Source of the DNA: Mytilus edulis
Taxonomy: Eukaryota
Direction: 5' to 3'
DNA: 64,000 nt
Assembly: GCF_963676685.1 (NCBI RefSeq)
Contig: NC_092349.1
Span: 75,842,473-75,906,472, forward strand
Part shown: piece after piece, positions 62,265 through 64,000 of the stretch
Position numbering within the stretch: position 1 is the stretch's first letter
Layout: each line of letters opens with the position of its first letter
Program-made: the position numbers and the translations under genes
Notes under the pieces: model-generated
What the model was told of the DNA's origin: nothing
The model's input: only the letters and a program-made list of their open reading frames with translations
Database searches by the model: none

Positions 62265-63395
62265 ATATATATATATATAACAAACCAATAAAATACATCC
62301 CATTAATATAGTGGCGTCGTTGTTTACTCCGAAATACAATGTATGATTTTTCAGATCATGGGTTTAATGATGTTTTTGTCTACAAAATGCTCATATTTAG
62401 AAAGTTCAGTCTTAAAAAGTTATAAAGAAAAAAACGAATACTTTATCACATTTCTTAGTCATTGACGTGCATCTTAGAGTAATATTGTTTTAATTGTCCG
62501 TTCAGCCATGGTTTTATCATGGGAATTAAAACAAAACGTTCCACTTTCCAGTTTGAGAGAATTATAGCGGCGATGTTATTGGAAATGATTTATAAACTGT
62601 TGATAATTTGTGATTATAGTGACTCAGCATTTTGTAATAACTCTTCAGAGAAACGGCTAGCTATGATTAAAATCTGGATATGAATCGTAATCGAATTTAA
62701 TATAATTCTTCTTAAGTTTTAGCTGTTAAATCCTAAATCAACAATTATCTGTATTTTTAAAAACTAATGTATTGTATATAGACGAAACTAACTCTGAATG
62801 AACATATAACTCGGAAGCAATTTTCAAATAATGTCAAAGCTTTTGCTTATATTTGTTTTTAAATCAGGAACTGGCGAAAATAAATAATGATGTAGTCAGC
62901 TGCAAAAATGTACCACCTCAAAATTAAGTTGAGTGTTCGTGTGTCTTTTTATGTGAATTAATAACTACACGAATGATCATCCTAAGATATGCACAGATTT
63001 TTATTGGTTTGTTTATATAGCATTTTTTGGTAGAGTATGTTCATGATAGTTTAAATTGTATCTTTTTTTATCTTGTCTATTCTAATCCGATATAAAAGAA
63101 AGAAAAGTAATTATAGGCGCCAAAGTACCGAAATCCATAAGTGAAATCAAACAGATAAAACCATGTCTCAATTAGAAAATAAGAAAGACAAAAGCTGTTC
63201 ACCAAACTCTTGATAGAAAATAAAAACCCTGGGAATATTATATTGACCACCTGAAAACTGAAAACGCATTGCATTTTTAATACAGTCTTATCAAACGCAA
63301 TTATCAAAATATTAGATAATTGTGTTTGATAAGACTGTTGTAAAAATGCAATGCGTTTTCAGTTTTTACCGTTTTGGACCAACATTTCACATTTA

Positions 63396-63556
63396 AAGAA
63401 ATCATAAAATTGAGAATGGAAATGGGGAATATGCCAAAGAGACAACAACCCGACCATAGAAAAAAACAACAGCAGAAGGTCACCAACAGGTCTTCAATGT
63501 AGCGAGAAATTCCCGCACCCGGAGCCGTCTTTCAGCTGACCCCTAAACAAATATAT
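63396..63556 (-). repeat. Family B copy (reverse orientation)
   Basis: Reverse complement reads TTTAGGGGTCAGCTGAAAGACGGCTCCGGGTGCGGGAATTTCTCGC...GGTCGGGTTGTTGTCTCTTTGGCATATTCCCCATTTCCATTCTCAATTTTATG. Confidence 0.8.
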
Positions 63557-64000
63557 ACTAGTTCAGTGATAATGAACGCCATACTAATTTCCAAATTGTA
63601 CACAAGAAACTAAAATTAAAAATAATACAAGACTAACAAAGGCCAAAGACTTGACAGGCGCAAAAATGCGGCGGGGTTAAATCATGGCTTGATTTAGATC
63701 CATTTACAGTGCAGGTCATATGAAGGGTACATATAAACATTTACACTGGATGTAATCTAAGCGGTTTAAATTGTATCTTTGCGCGGCAGATCATCTAAAT
63801 AATGCATATATGTTCACTGCAAGACATTTAAAGGGTTGATACCAGTTGGAAGCCATCCAAGGAGCTTATAACTTTACACTAGTCTACATTCAATCTAAGC
63901 CTCTTAATATATTTACAATGGAGGCAATCTTATGGGTTTATATCTCATCCTGAACAGTTAGATGGCAAATAACTATCAAATTATGATAGAGTGTACCGTA

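Noticed and set aside
1-64000. Prokaryotic operon or defence-island interpretation of the window
   Set aside because: Coding density is under 5 percent, genes are interrupted by GT-AG introns, the base composition and repeat landscape are metazoan, and no run of co-directional ORFs exists.
63600-64000. Degenerate tandem structure of about 50-70 bp (recurring ATTTACA...AATCTAAGC blocks) at the window edge
   Set aside because: Similarity between units is low and I could not fix a period by eye. It may be real, but it needs Tandem Repeats Finder.

Overview
This is an AT-rich, CpG-poor, repeat-dense eukaryotic (metazoan) window with spliced genes; it is not a prokaryotic locus. The HSP70-12 expansion and the repeat content suggest a bivalve or other mollusc genome, but that is inference only and cannot be checked here. 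I can support two protein-coding genes, and the rest is interspersed and tandem repeats. Gene 1 is a 4-exon HSP70 family-12 (HSPA12A/B-like) gene on the + strand, join(389..697, 2187..2405, 3313..3466, 6400..7448), giving 576 aa. It carries the HSP70 ATPase phosphate-1 (AIDFGTTYSGYAF), phosphate-2 (VVDLGGGTADIT) and adenosine (ILLVGGFSQCMLV) motifs, and the junctions follow GT-AG rules. Gene 2 is a 2-exon claudin/PMP22-like four-transmembrane protein on the - strand, complement(join(20302..20528, 22260..22626)), about 197 aa, with a consensus CAG|GTAAGT donor. It is not visible as a single ORF in the six-frame track. The remaining roughly 50 kb holds at least 12 recognisable repeat families, which I defined by copy-to-copy comparison within the window. 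Family A is about 260 bp and has 15 copies or fragments, with two more very small fragments noted. Family B is about 160 bp with 3 copies. The related families C, D and E are about 560 bp. Family G has 4 copies. Family K is a palindromic foldback family with two inverted copies about 30 kb apart. Family J is an inverted pair bracketing a 4.2 kb segment. Family L is a weakly conserved short family with 3 copies. There is a PIF/Harbinger-like non-autonomous element (41559..43487) with 39-bp TIRs, a TAA target-site duplication and an internal array of 165-197 bp units. A second TIR-bounded element (7648..8282) has perfect 20-bp TIRs and carries a nested family-A fragment. A 147-bp-period satellite (39775..40605) is built around AGGTCA direct repeats. 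There are several minisatellites. A roughly 650 bp CpG/CGTA-rich island with a perfect 26-bp palindrome sits inside the claudin-like intron. I found no rRNA, tRNA, CRISPR or operon-like structure. Most six-frame ORFs of 60-115 aa are read-through artefacts of repeats. No database or alignment tool was available, so all family assignments rest on motifs I recognise and on internal self-similarity.
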